A DNA stretch of 64,000 bases from Alphaproteobacteria bacterium (GTDB lineage Bacteria > Pseudomonadota > Alphaproteobacteria > MPNO01 > UBA830), in NCBI GenBank assembly GCA_965243135.1, contig OZ251539.1, positions 6,039,319 to 6,103,318 on the forward strand. The letters are read 5' to 3'. The position numbers and the translations under genes were made by a program. Positions 17,531-27,577 of this stretch are shown here, one piece after another. How positions within the stretch are numbered: position 1 is the first letter of the stretch; every line of letters starts with the position of its first letter. The notes beneath the pieces were generated by a model that was given only the letters and a program-made list of their open reading frames with translations, did no database searches and was not told the DNA's origin.

Positions 17531-20325
17531 TCATACCCGAAACACCTTCATTGCTTCGTCGCCCAGATGGTTGATGACCTTGACGGCGATGCGGCCCGAG
17601 GCGGGGCGGCTGAAGGGGCGGGAAACGTCGCTGTGGAGCGTTGCCCAGGCATCCGGATCGATCTCGGCTTTGAGCGTGGTCTTGAGCGCTTTGTAGGGGT
17701 CGTCCGCTCCCAGAAAATAGGCATGGCGAACGAAGAAGCTTTCTTCGTTGTAGTTGGTGTCGACGAACCAGCAGGCGATGCCCTCGGGGCCGTCGCTTCG
17801 GATTTCGCCGGTATTGGGGTGAAACACGTCGACGCCGTTGATCCGTACCTGGATTTGGCTGTCCTCCAAGTCTTCGATTTCGATGTCGGGTTCGCCGAAG
17901 ACGACGAACAGGTTGCCCTTGCCCGTATTCTTGAGGTCGGTGGCCATGTGCAGATCGGCGTTGATCCGCGCCTTGAGAACGGGTACGCGGCCGAGCTTCT
18001 CGAACTCGGTGGCATGGGCCTCGTAGCTGAAAGCGCAGGAGATGAGCACGTCGAAGCCGGCGTCCGCCGCTTCGCGCGCCGCGGCGACAAGGTCGGGACG
18101 CTGCACGGTGCCGAATTCGGGTCCGATGAAGATGCCGGCGCTGCGCTCAACGCTTTCCCCCCCCCCCCCCCCCCCCCATCTTCGGCGTAACGGCCTTCGG
18201 CGCAGACGTGGTCGCCCGCCCGGGGGGCGAGGGAGGAGAACGCGATGCGATCCTCCCGATGCGCCTGCTGGACGCCCGCTGTCTTCAGGTTCTCCAGGAT
18301 CATGGCGACGAAATCCGGTGTTTCGCCATAGCCGAGCCTGCCGTCGGCCAGGCTGCGGAACGCCTCGTCGTTTTCGTCCACCGCCAGCGTCTGATGCGGC
18401 GCGACGCTCTCGACGGTGAACGGTCCGGCGACGCGGACGCGAGTCCTGTCCTCGTAAGGTTTGTCGTAGAGATATTCGGTGTCGGCCTTCACGGCGATGG
18501 AGGCATCGATTTCCTTCTGGCGAGCGATGCGGGCCGCCCACCATTCGGCATGCGCCGCCTTCGCTTCGTCCGGCCAGCCGGCACCGGCTTCGCGCGGGAT
18601 TTGCCATTCCTCCCGTGCCTCGCCCAAGGCGGCATTGAGCGTCTCGCGCAGCGGCTCCAGCGTTTCCTGCCATGCTTCCCAAATGGTGTCGATTTCCGCG
18701 TTGTTGGCGATGGACTTGAGGGTGACATGGGGGACGCGCTCGTAGACGAAGCCCTGGCGCACGTCGCCGCCGGTCGGAGTTTCGGCGGGCGCGCGGTTCG
18801 TGAGTTCGGCTTCCCTGCGTTGGCCTTCCGGGCTGTCGGCGAGCAGATACCACGGGTAGCGCGAGCCCATGATCCGCATGCGGGCAAGCGCTAAAGCGAC
18901 ACGGGAGGTGTCGATGGTAATCCAGCGCCGGCCCCACTGCTCGGCGACATAGGCGGCGGTACCGGAACCGCAGGTTGGGTCGAGAACGAGGTCGCCAGGG
19001 TCGGTGGTCATCAGGAGACAGCGTTCGATGACCTTGGGTCTTGTTTCCACCACATAAGTTTGATTGGTTGTAAAACCGCTTGTATCGGTCCATACGTCTC
19101 CAAAACTTCTCACCGGATAATCGTCGATATAAAGTCTGTATCTTAACTTGTTCCCCTGAATTGAAATACGACCAGATAGAGAAATTCGTTTCATGCCGTC
19201 AGGATAGCTGACTTGCCAATGTCGATTATTATTCGGGCGATAAATCCTTCCTTCAAACTTGAATGGTGTGTCGATATTCGCTTGACCCGAGCTCTCCAAT
19301 GAGACATATCGAAAAATCCTGCCCTTTATTTTTGATGGAGACAATAGTTTCTCCTTATCATTTATCATCCGATATGAGAATGGTTCTATTTCAATGTTTT
19401 TATAGAAATTATCGTGCCATTTTTCTTCAAAAACAGGTCTGAATTTGCATTGTTCTATAATTTTTGCGTACCAGATTATTCTGTCTCCAGTTCGCCCAAT
19501 AAAATTCGATTCAAGACTTCCCGTTTTCGTAAAAAAGATTTCCCTAACGAAATTCCCCTCGCCAAACACCTCGTCCATCACTACCCGAACGCGATGCACG
19601 TTCTCGTCCCCGATCTGCACAAACACCGAGCCGCTCTCGGCCAACAGGTCCCGCGCCACCGTCAGCCGGTCGCGCAGATAGCTCAGATACGAATGAATGC
19701 CGTCCCGCCATGTGTCGCGGAATGCCTTCACCTGTTCTGGCTCCCGTGTGATGTGCGCCGCCTTCCCGTCCTTAACGTCGCGGCTGGTGGTGGACCATTG
19801 GAAGTTGGAGTTGAAGCGTATGCCGTAAGGCGGATCGACGTATATGCACTGCACCTTGCCGCGCAGCCCCTCGCGCTCGGCGAGGCTGCCCATGACTTGG
19901 AGCGCGTCTCCCAGGATCATGCGATTCGACCAGTTGGCCTCATGCCGATAGTATTCTGTCCGCTCCGCGCCTTCCGGCAGACCGTTGAAATCGGCGAAGA
20001 GATCCGGCGCGTCCTCCGTTGCATCGTCGCGGCGGCGCTTCGCTTCGCGCAGCAGGTCATCGATCAGAGCCTTGGGGTGGACCTTCTCCTGGATATAGAG
20101 GGGCGGAGCTTGGACGATCAGGTCGGCTTCGTCCTGCTCGTCCTTGCCGCGCCAGACTAACTGTGGATCGAGGTCGCGGTTGCGGCGCTCGTAGACGAGG
20201 CGGACCGGAGCCTTGTCCTCGTCCGCCATCAATGGCTGGCCCTCGGCCGACGGATTGTTGAGCCGAGTCGCCCCTTCGTGCGTCAGGGTTTCGACTTGCA
20301 GGGGGTTCTTCGGTTCTCGCGCCAT
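17531..20325 (-). CDS. mod: Type III-like Mod adenine DNA methyltransferase, frameshifted at a G21 tract
   Basis: ILGDAL, YVDPPYG and DPTCGSGT in the 5' frame; conserved C-terminus (IFIGPEFGTV...RIAVKVINHLGDEAMKVFRV) lies in another frame after the homopolymer. Confidence 0.88.
18157..18177 (-). repeat. Homopolymer G21 (C21 on + strand) inside mod
   Basis: Directly visible; the frame switch of mod falls exactly here. Confidence 0.95.
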
Positions 20326-21107
20326 CACGCCGCGACTCGCCGCAGGAGTTTGCGGTCGAGATCCCCACGCGACTCCAGAGACGAAACCATGTCGCCGCCC
20401 ACGTCCGACAACCTGGCGAGATCCGCCCTCGGGATCTCGGCCTGATTCTCGAAGACGAGGATCGACTCGAACGCAAGCTCGTGCCGATGGAAATGCGACA
20501 GCATGATCGTCGTCAACCGCGCTTTGTCGCGGTTGGGTACGCCGTAGAGGAACAGTGGAACGCCGTCCTTGCCTTCGATCCGGTAGTCGACGGGATAGGC
20601 GTTGGCGTTCGGCACGTCCGGTCGGTAGTCGGGTTGGAACTTGTCCCCGCCCACCAGATGAGAGAGGAGGTCGGCCAGATCGTCGTAGAAGGTGGAACCG
20701 ACGTTGGAGCGTGAGAGTAGCGTCAAGTCGTAGATCCTGGTCAGCGCCTGTCCGAAACGGAAGATGGCTTCCGACAGCCGCTCGGGGGAGGCGTCAAGGC
20801 AGAATGCCCCGCCATCCCATTGCAATTCGCTCTCGGCCATGATGCGTTCGAGCAGCATCCCCCGTGCTCCTTCCAGGAACGAATCGACATCATGCTCGTA
20901 GCTGATATGCATAAGGGTATGGCCGCGGTCTGACAGCCGGAAGCCGCCAGCCGACGCCTCGGCGAGATGGATCGGAAAACGGTCTCCGTCGGGGAACTGA
21001 AAGCGCGTCTGCAGCGTTAACGCACCATCCGGACGCCGTTCGATTCGTATATCCTCGCAGAGGCGTTCGCAAAGCAGTCTTTGAAGCGCATCGTGGTCGG
21101 CGATCAT
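20325..21107 (-). CDS. DUF1828-like protein
   Basis: TRFQFPDGD..IHL...RLSDRGHTLM..SY N-terminal motif; C-terminal YPVDYRI...LFLYGV resembles a nuclease-like domain; stop overlaps mod start. Confidence 0.7.
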   Translation of the reverse strand: MIADHDALQRLLCERLCEDIRIERRPDGALTLQTRFQFPDGDRFPIHLAEASAGGFRLSDRGHTLMHISYEHDVDSFLEGARGMLLERIMAESELQWDGGAFCLDASPERLSEAIFRFGQALTRIYDLTLLSRSNVGSTFYDDLADLLSHLVGGDKFQPDYRPDVPNANAYPVDYRIEGKDGVPLFLYGVPNRDKARLTTIMLSHFHRHELAFESILVFENQAEIPRADLARLSDVGGDMVSSLESRGDLDRKLLRRVAA

Positions 21108-21574
21108 AACGGCAGTCCCAGCTGATCGTGTTCAGCGCCGATCCCGCTCAGATTGAAGTCGTCGATCAGACAGGCTAACGCACCTTCGAGAGTTTCGTAT
21201 CGATCGGTCTCCTCTGCCTCCCGCTCTGGCTTTCTTGCCGTCGCGATCGCTTTTTCGGTAACGCGGTGGATACGCGAACGCCAGACGATATCGTCGTGCG
21301 CATAACTCGGACCATTGTAGCGCGTCAGAGTGAGTGGCGGCCCGTCAGGTGGAAGATATGCGATACCGCAGGAGAAATCGTTCGCGTCTGTCAGATTCTG
21401 ACGCACGTAGACCGAAAAATGAGCATCCTTGCCCCCCGCACCCTTGAAGCCGCGTTGGCGATGCGCAGGTCTTGTCTTAGGTTTGTCCGACCGGCTCGCG
21501 CCTGGGTTTGTCACCCGCTTCGGCATCGACCGGAGAGCGTCGATTTCTGCTTTCGTATAGGGCCGAATGTTCAT
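21104..21574 (-). CDS. Hypothetical protein (DUF6978-like partner of DUF1828 proteins)
   Basis: EIDALRSMPK, VYVRQN...DFSCG, LTRYNGPS and IHRVTE motifs; ATGA overlap with the next gene. Confidence 0.6.
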   Translation of the reverse strand: MNIRPYTKAEIDALRSMPKRVTNPGASRSDKPKTRPAHRQRGFKGAGGKDAHFSVYVRQNLTDANDFSCGIAYLPPDGPPLTLTRYNGPSYAHDDIVWRSRIHRVTEKAIATARKPEREAEETDRYETLEGALACLIDDFNLSGIGAEHDQLGLPL

Positions 21575-21900
21575 CGCCGAACCCACTCTCCGCCGCACGA
21601 GACGAACCGCGGATCGTGGCAATCGCTGGCGAGGCGGGCGGACATCTTGCGTTCGTCAGCTTTCATGGCCCGGAATATGACCGTCGGACGGAATTTCGCT
21701 CCGAAAGCGGAAGCGCCCGCTTCCCGCGTCGCAGTTGAGCGGCGGTGAACCAGAAGTGTAGGTCTGAATCGAGACAACGACGCTTGCGTCGCGTCTGTCC
21801 GCCGAAAGATCAATCCGTCATCAAGGGTTTTACCGAAACGCTTTCGGATTATTCGGTCGCGCAGTTGTTCGACCCGCATCGATGTATTTCCACAGATCAT
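21571..21900 (-). pseudogene. Degenerate PIN/VapC-like remnant
   Basis: MICGNTSMRVEQLR resembles the VapC N-terminus MILVDTSVWIDHLR; ATGA overlap with the res stop. Confidence 0.4.
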
Positions 21901-24900
21901 CCGGGCAGCGCGCTCTGTCGCTGAGAAATGTCTCCGATATCCGGTCGGCTTCCGCCAGATGTTTGGTGCGCGGCGGCGCGGGGGGCGGACAGGAACGGTT
22001 CGAGCATCTCTTCGAAGCGGATTTTAACCGATTCGCTGAGATCCTTCTCCATTTCGTAGGGGTCGCTGAACTCGGCGAAGGCCCAGTGACCGTACGTATC
22101 GAGCCGGTTCACGCCGGGGACCCAGCAGTTCTCCATCGTCATTTTTTTATCTTTCGCGTCTTCTCCACGGTAGCCCTTGATCTCGACGATCAGATGGAGG
22201 GGGTCGTCGATGCCGCGCCCGTCGTTCACCAGGAGGATGAAATCGGGAATGTAGGTCCGGGCTGCGGAACCTGATCGGTAGGGGACTTCCAGTCCCAGAC
22301 CCTGATTCTTGACGTAGGCGCGAACCCGCGGATGCGCTTCGGCGATGCGGCAGAACTCGACCTCCCAGTCGCTGTCGCAGATTGCCCAGTTGACGTGGCA
22401 GCGGGAGGGCTGGGTTTTCCAGCGGGTCTTCTTCGAGGTGGTGAAGCGGACATGAGACGTCGAGCCGGCTGGATTATAGGGGTCGAGAACGACAGTGATC
22501 GGTTTTTCACCCATATGGCGAGCGACGATTCCCAGCGTGATGCGTTCGCAAGCCATATCGGCGAGCTCCTGGTACGCAAGCTGCGCTGGCCAAGTGCCCC
22601 CCTTACAGACGAGGTGTCCGTCGAGCCATTGACGCGTAATCCGCTTGAGCTGGCCGAAGAGATGGAGTTTCGGATCCTCGCCCGGATCCCGCCACTTCGT
22701 CTCCAGCAGCCGCTTCGTCAGGTGGAACAACAAGGTCGAGCGGCGCATCTCCTTGAGATGCTCAAGGTTCAGGGTCACGCCTTCGCCGACGATGCCTTCG
22801 TTGCGGGTGATCGAAGGGCCGACGAGGTCGGGCGTGAGTACAAGGGTGGAGTCTTCGTTGAACTTGGCTTCAAGGCGTTCTTCCGGCAGTTCGACCCGGT
22901 ACCCGGCGACTCGCGGGAACCGGATCTCGCAGGTGTCGCGATCCGGCGTGACGGCTCTGACCTGCACCACGTCGCGCGGCTTCGGCGGCGACGCGATCAC
23001 CGGCACGGCCGTGAAGTCGAAAGGGATGCCGAGCACGTCGGCATATTCGGGGTCGAGCAGGTTCTTGTCGTTGAGATCGTACGACTGTCGGCGAAGCGCC
23101 CGCCCGACCACCTGCTCGCACAGCAGCTGCGTACCGAAGGCGCGCACGCCGAGAACGTGAGTGACAGTGTTGGCGTCCCAGCCCTCCGTCAGCATGGAAA
23201 CCGAAACGACGCAGCGGGTCTCGCCGCCAAGCCGTCCCGCTCTTCCGACGGTATTCACCGCCTCGCGGAGCAAGTCCTGATCGGAGAGGTCATCCGCCCG
23301 GCGGCGGTCGCCGGTGCGGGCGACGACCTCGCGGCGAAAGCGGTCTATTTCGTCGGCGGCAGCGGCGCGGAATTTGCTGTCCAAGGTCTCGCCGGATTCG
23401 AGCTGCCGGCTGTCAATGAGGAGAGTGCGCGGTCGGCCGAGCGAATTGCCGTGGTCGTCGAAATTGCGGAACAGCGGAAGGCGGCCGTTTTCGAGGGTCG
23501 TGGAGCCGTCGGCGTTTTCGCGGAGGAAGCCGGAAACGTAGTCGTAGACGAGCTTCGAGGTCGATACGTTGTTGCAGACCACGATGAAGCACGGCGGAAC
23601 CTCGATATCGGCCTCCCGCCATGCTTCGAACGTTTCCTTGTAGTGTCCATAGAGAGCTTCGAGCGCGGTCTGGAGTTCGACAGGAATGCTCAACGGATCG
23701 AGCGCGGAGGCATTTCCGCCCTTCTTTTTCGGCATTTTCTTGCCGATATGGTCCCAGAGATTGCGGAACTTGGGCATCTCGCTCCTGGAGATGACGTTAT
23801 CGGCCACCGGCACGCGCGGCAGCTTTACGATTCCGCATTCGATCGCGTCCATCAGCGAGAAGTCGCTCGCTGTCCAGGGGAAAAGCGTACCTTCCGCATA
23901 GCCCGAGCCGCGCAGGAAGAACGGAGTTGCCGAGAGGTCGATCACGCGGGCGAGGCTCAGCTTCTGTCCGACCGCTTCCAGCCCCGAAACCCAGAGCCGG
24001 GCCGCTTCCCGATCCTTCTCCGCTTCCTTGCGGTCGTCGCCGGTGAGGGCGTTTTCCTCGCCGTCGTCCGGCTTCTCGCGATAACAATGATGCGCTTCGT
24101 CGTTGAGCGCTATCACGCTTCTGAGCCCCAGGAGCTCGGGCATGACGCGCCGCAACATCTGCCCTTCGCTTTCGAGAGACTGGATTTCGCCGTTCCGGTC
24201 CACGCGACCCTGGAGAAGCGCGCGGCCGCCGTTGGAGACCGTCATTGTCTCGCGCAGCTTGAAAGCGTGGAAGTTGGTGACGACGATCTTCGCCCGTTCC
24301 AGGTCGCGCAGCATGTCGGTGGGGACGAGTTCACGACTGCGGTAGTAGCTGTCCGGATCGTTGGGCAGCAGTACGCGAAGGCGGTCACGGATCGTTATGC
24401 CCGGCGTCGTCACCAGAAAGCCTCGGGTAAAGCGCCCGCTGTTCGGCCGGCGAACCGCGTTCACGGTTTGCCATGCGATCAACATCGCCATGACCGCTGT
24501 CTTGCCGGCTCCCGTGGCGAGCTTCAACGCCAGTCTGGCAAGCCCCGGGTTCGCTTCCGCGTTTACCGTTTCGAGGTGATCGAGGAATCGCCGCCCGGCG
24601 TTGCCCAGCGCCGGCGCCACCTCGGTCAGCCAGATCACCGTTTCCACCGCCTCGACCTGGCAGAAGAAAGGACGAAAGCCATCGGATCGACCGCGGCGCC
24701 AGTGCTTCAGCAGCCGGGCGGTTTCCGGCGTCACCCGCCACCGCGCTTCCGGCAACGCGCGCCATTGGTCGACGGCTCGGCGGAGGCTGTCGATGATCTC
24801 CGTCAGATCGTATTGCTGACCATTGGCGGCGAGCCGCTGCGCCTCTGCGTCGAAGACCATCTCATGTTGGTTTCCTTTGCGCTTCTTCGGCTTCGGGATC

Positions 24901-25037
24901 GGCGTAATGAACGAGAACCGCCGCCGCCGGTCGACAACGCGGTTTGTCGGTTGACCGGTTTCATCAAGTTCCCAGTGGCGAGAGGGATATTCGTAAGGCG
25001 AGTTGAGAACTGGACGTTCGAAGAAACGATCCGTCAT
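21897..25037 (-). CDS. res: Type III restriction endonuclease Res subunit (SF2 helicase plus PD-(D/E)xK nuclease)
   Basis: PFFCQVEAVET, LATGAGKT, NDEAHH, DLSATP, MLTEGWD, QVVGRALRR; C-terminal YIPDF...VEIKG. Confidence 0.92.
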   Translation of the reverse strand: MTDRFFERPVLNSPYEYPSRHWELDETGQPTNRVVDRRRRFSFITPIPKPKKRKGNQHEMVFDAEAQRLAANGQQYDLTEIIDSLRRAVDQWRALPEARWRVTPETARLLKHWRRGRSDGFRPFFCQVEAVETVIWLTEVAPALGNAGRRFLDHLETVNAEANPGLARLALKLATGAGKTAVMAMLIAWQTVNAVRRPNSGRFTRGFLVTTPGITIRDRLRVLLPNDPDSYYRSRELVPTDMLRDLERAKIVVTNFHAFKLRETMTVSNGGRALLQGRVDRNGEIQSLESEGQMLRRVMPELLGLRSVIALNDEAHHCYREKPDDGEENALTGDDRKEAEKDREAARLWVSGLEAVGQKLSLARVIDLSATPFFLRGSGYAEGTLFPWTASDFSLMDAIECGIVKLPRVPVADNVISRSEMPKFRNLWDHIGKKMPKKKGGNASALDPLSIPVELQTALEALYGHYKETFEAWREADIEVPPCFIVVCNNVSTSKLVYDYVSGFLRENADGSTTLENGRLPLFRNFDDHGNSLGRPRTLLIDSRQLESGETLDSKFRAAAADEIDRFRREVVARTGDRRRADDLSDQDLLREAVNTVGRAGRLGGETRCVVSVSMLTEGWDANTVTHVLGVRAFGTQLLCEQVVGRALRRQSYDLNDKNLLDPEYADVLGIPFDFTAVPVIASPPKPRDVVQVRAVTPDRDTCEIRFPRVAGYRVELPEERLEAKFNEDSTLVLTPDLVGPSITRNEGIVGEGVTLNLEHLKEMRRSTLLFHLTKRLLETKWRDPGEDPKLHLFGQLKRITRQWLDGHLVCKGGTWPAQLAYQELADMACERITLGIVARHMGEKPITVVLDPYNPAGSTSHVRFTTSKKTRWKTQPSRCHVNWAICDSDWEVEFCRIAEAHPRVRAYVKNQGLGLEVPYRSGSAARTYIPDFILLVNDGRGIDDPLHLIVEIKGYRGEDAKDKKMTMENCWVPGVNRLDTYGHWAFAEFSDPYEMEKDLSESVKIRFEEMLEPFLSAPRAAAHQTSGGSRPDIGDISQRQSALPG

Positions 25038-25189
25038 TGTCGACGATCCCCGGGTCGAGTGTCCCAAGCTCCAGCCAGCGCCGCGCCCTCATGACGCAGA
25101 CCTTCTCCTTGATGGCGCCGTCGGCCACGCGGCATCGACAGCTAACCCGAAATTGTACGTAACTCTGGGGTCGCTATGTCTGTAGCGGA

Positions 25190-25320
25190 TTTAAGCGCGT
25201 GATCGACGCGATGTCGAGTCCGATATCGACGCCTTTCCGCCGCAAAGCGGGCATGAGGTCGTCGTCGGTCAAATCGGCGACCCTGCGGCGACCGTTGAGG
25301 AGATTCTTCCAAGCCTGCGG
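25190..25320 (-). pseudogene. NYN-domain RNase remnant
   Basis: Frame reading LTDDDLMPALRRKGVDIGLDIASIT resembles the NYN motif QKGVDMRIGLDIAS. Confidence 0.45.
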
Positions 25321-25585
25321 TCTCCGACCCCATGATCGGCTTCGACCTACGCGACCCTCGCCGAGCCGAAGCGCGAAACTCCGCTAGCTGCAGATATCCA
25401 CCGAAGGAATGCAGCTTCGGTCATTCGAGACGCGAGCTAGGAAAAGCCCCGAGGGTTCAGCCTCGCTGTCGGAGAGAGTTCCCAGACTGGATTCCGAGAG
25501 TTCCAAAGGTAACGCAAGGATCGTTGATCGGCCGGGTCGCGTGAAGTCCGCACTGGCGCCGCAACGACGATTTCGGAAAACCGGC

Positions 25586-27577
25586 TCAGAAAGCGCGTCG
25601 GACCGCTTCGTCCGGCGACGCCGCGGTTCGACGCCGGGGAGCGCCGACGCGAAGGCGCCGGTCGCTGAGAGACACGCAACCGCCGGCCGCCATCATGATC
25701 GCGCCAGCCCAGATCCACGGCACGAGAGGGTTATGATAAAGGCGCGTCGTCCATCCGCCGTCGCCGTCCGGTTCGCCCAGAACTGCATAGACGTCCGCCA
25801 TCAACGTCGTGTGGATCGCCGCTTCGGTCGTGGCGGACCGTTCGGCCGGATAACTCCGTTTTTCCGGATGCAGCACGGTCACAGTCCGGCCTTTTCGCAG
25901 AAGCTCGTAGACGCCGCGAGTCGCCGCGTAGTTGGGGCCTTCCACGGCGTCGGCGCCGCGGAAGCGCACTTCGTAACCCGCGAGTTCGACGGTCTCTCCC
26001 GGGCGCATGACGAGGATGCGTTCCGTCTGCCATGCGGACGAGGCGGCGATGCCGGCGACGACGATCCCGAGCGCCGCGTGGGCGATCGCCGTTCCCCATG
26101 CCGAGCGCGGCAACTTTGCGGCGCGCTTCAGCGCGGCGGACAGGGGAAGCCTGAACGTCCCCGTTCTTTCGAGAAGTTCGATGCCGGCCCCCGCCACCAG
26201 CCATGTCGCTATGCCGAGCGCGAGCGCCGCAAACAGGTCGCTTCGCGAGTCGAAGCCCGCGGTTGCGACCGCGACGCCCACGGCGAGAGCCGCTGCCGCC
26301 TTGAGCCGGCCGAGGACGCCGGACAGGTCTCCCCGTTTCCATGCCATCGCCGCGCCCGCAGGGCAGGCGATCAGCAATGGGATCATCAGCGGCACGAAGG
26401 TGGCGTTGAAGAACGGCGCGCCCACCGAAACCCTGCCGCCGCCCACCGCGTCGAGCAGGAGCGGGTAGAGGGTGCCGATCAGAACGACGGCGCAAGCGGT
26501 CGCAAGCAGAAGATTGTTCAGCACCAGCGCGCCCTCGCGGCTGATCGGGGCGAACAGGCCGCCGGGCTTGAGGGCCGGCGCGCGCAGCGCGTAAAGGACG
26601 AAGCCTCCTCCGGCCACGGCGACCATGAGCGCCAGGATGAAGACTCCTCGCTCGGGATCCGTCGCGAATGCGTGAACGGAGGTCAGCACGCCCGAGCGGA
26701 CGAGGAAGGTTCCCAGAAGCGACAGGCCGAAGGCGATGATCGCGAGAAGTATCGTCCAGCTCTTGAGGGTGTCTCGCCTCTCCACCACGAGCGCCGAATG
26801 CAGCAACGCGGTTCCGGCGAGCCACGGCAGAAAGGAGGCGTTTTCGACCGGATCCCAGAACCACCATCCGCCCCAGCCGAGCTCGTAGTAGGCCCACCAG
26901 CTGCCGAGCGCGATCCCGACCGTGAGCGCGGTCCAGGCCAGCAGGGTCCAGGGCCGCACCCATCGTGCCCACGCCGCGTCCACGCGCCCCTCCAAAAGCG
27001 CGGCGATCGCGAAGGAGAACGCCATCGAGAACCCGACGTAGCCGAAGTAGAGAAAAGGCGGGTGAAAGGCGAGGCCCGGATCCTGCAGCAGGGGATTCAG
27101 GCCTTGCCCCTGCGCGGGCGCCGGGTGGAGCCGTTCGAACGGATTCGAAGTGAAGAGCACGAAGGCCAGAAAGCCGGCGCCGATCAATCCGTGAACGCCC
27201 AGCACGCGGGACCTCAGCCCGGCCGGCAGATTGCGCCCGAACTCCGCGACCATCAGCCCGAACAGCGCGAGGATAAGCACCCAGAGCACCATCGAGCCTT
27301 CGTGGTTTCCCCACACGCCGGTGATCTTGTAGAGCATGGGTTTGAGCGTGTGCGAGTTCGTCGCGACCAGCTTTACCGAAAAATCGGAAACCGAGAACGC
27401 GTGGATCAACGCGCCGAAGGCCGCCGCAACGAGCAGGAACTGGCCGCGCGCCGCCGGCGCCGCGACGCTCATGAGAGCGCCGTGCCCGAAATGCGCGCCG
27501 ACGAGCGGCAGGGTTCCCTGCACCGCCGCCAGGGCGAAGGCCAGCGCCAGCGCGAAATGTCCGATCTCGGCGATCAA
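25586..27577 (-). CDS. ccmF: Heme lyase CcmF
   Basis: WGNHEGS, GLNPLLQ, HPPFLY, SWWAYYELGWGGWWFWDPVEN, SVHAFA. Confidence 0.97.
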   Translation of the reverse strand: MIAEIGHFALALAFALAAVQGTLPLVGAHFGHGALMSVAAPAARGQFLLVAAAFGALIHAFSVSDFSVKLVATNSHTLKPMLYKITGVWGNHEGSMVLWVLILALFGLMVAEFGRNLPAGLRSRVLGVHGLIGAGFLAFVLFTSNPFERLHPAPAQGQGLNPLLQDPGLAFHPPFLYFGYVGFSMAFSFAIAALLEGRVDAAWARWVRPWTLLAWTALTVGIALGSWWAYYELGWGGWWFWDPVENASFLPWLAGTALLHSALVVERRDTLKSWTILLAIIAFGLSLLGTFLVRSGVLTSVHAFATDPERGVFILALMVAVAGGGFVLYALRAPALKPGGLFAPISREGALVLNNLLLATACAVVLIGTLYPLLLDAVGGGRVSVGAPFFNATFVPLMIPLLIACPAGAAMAWKRGDLSGVLGRLKAAAALAVGVAVATAGFDSRSDLFAALALGIATWLVAGAGIELLERTGTFRLPLSAALKRAAKLPRSAWGTAIAHAALGIVVAGIAASSAWQTERILVMRPGETVELAGYEVRFRGADAVEGPNYAATRGVYELLRKGRTVTVLHPEKRSYPAERSATTEAAIHTTLMADVYAVLGEPDGDGGWTTRLYHNPLVPWIWAGAIMMAAGGCVSLSDRRLRVGAPRRRTAASPDEAVRRAF

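Larger units (their letters stand above)
11485..25585 (-). mobile_element. Defence island inserted between ccmF and ccmG (boundaries approximate)
   Basis: Co-oriented restriction, toxin-antitoxin and helicase genes plus gene remnants separate two ccm genes that are usually adjacent; no integrase inside. Confidence 0.75.

Noticed and set aside
22332-25094. 920-aa plus-strand ORF
   Set aside because: Antisense to res; no recognisable domain
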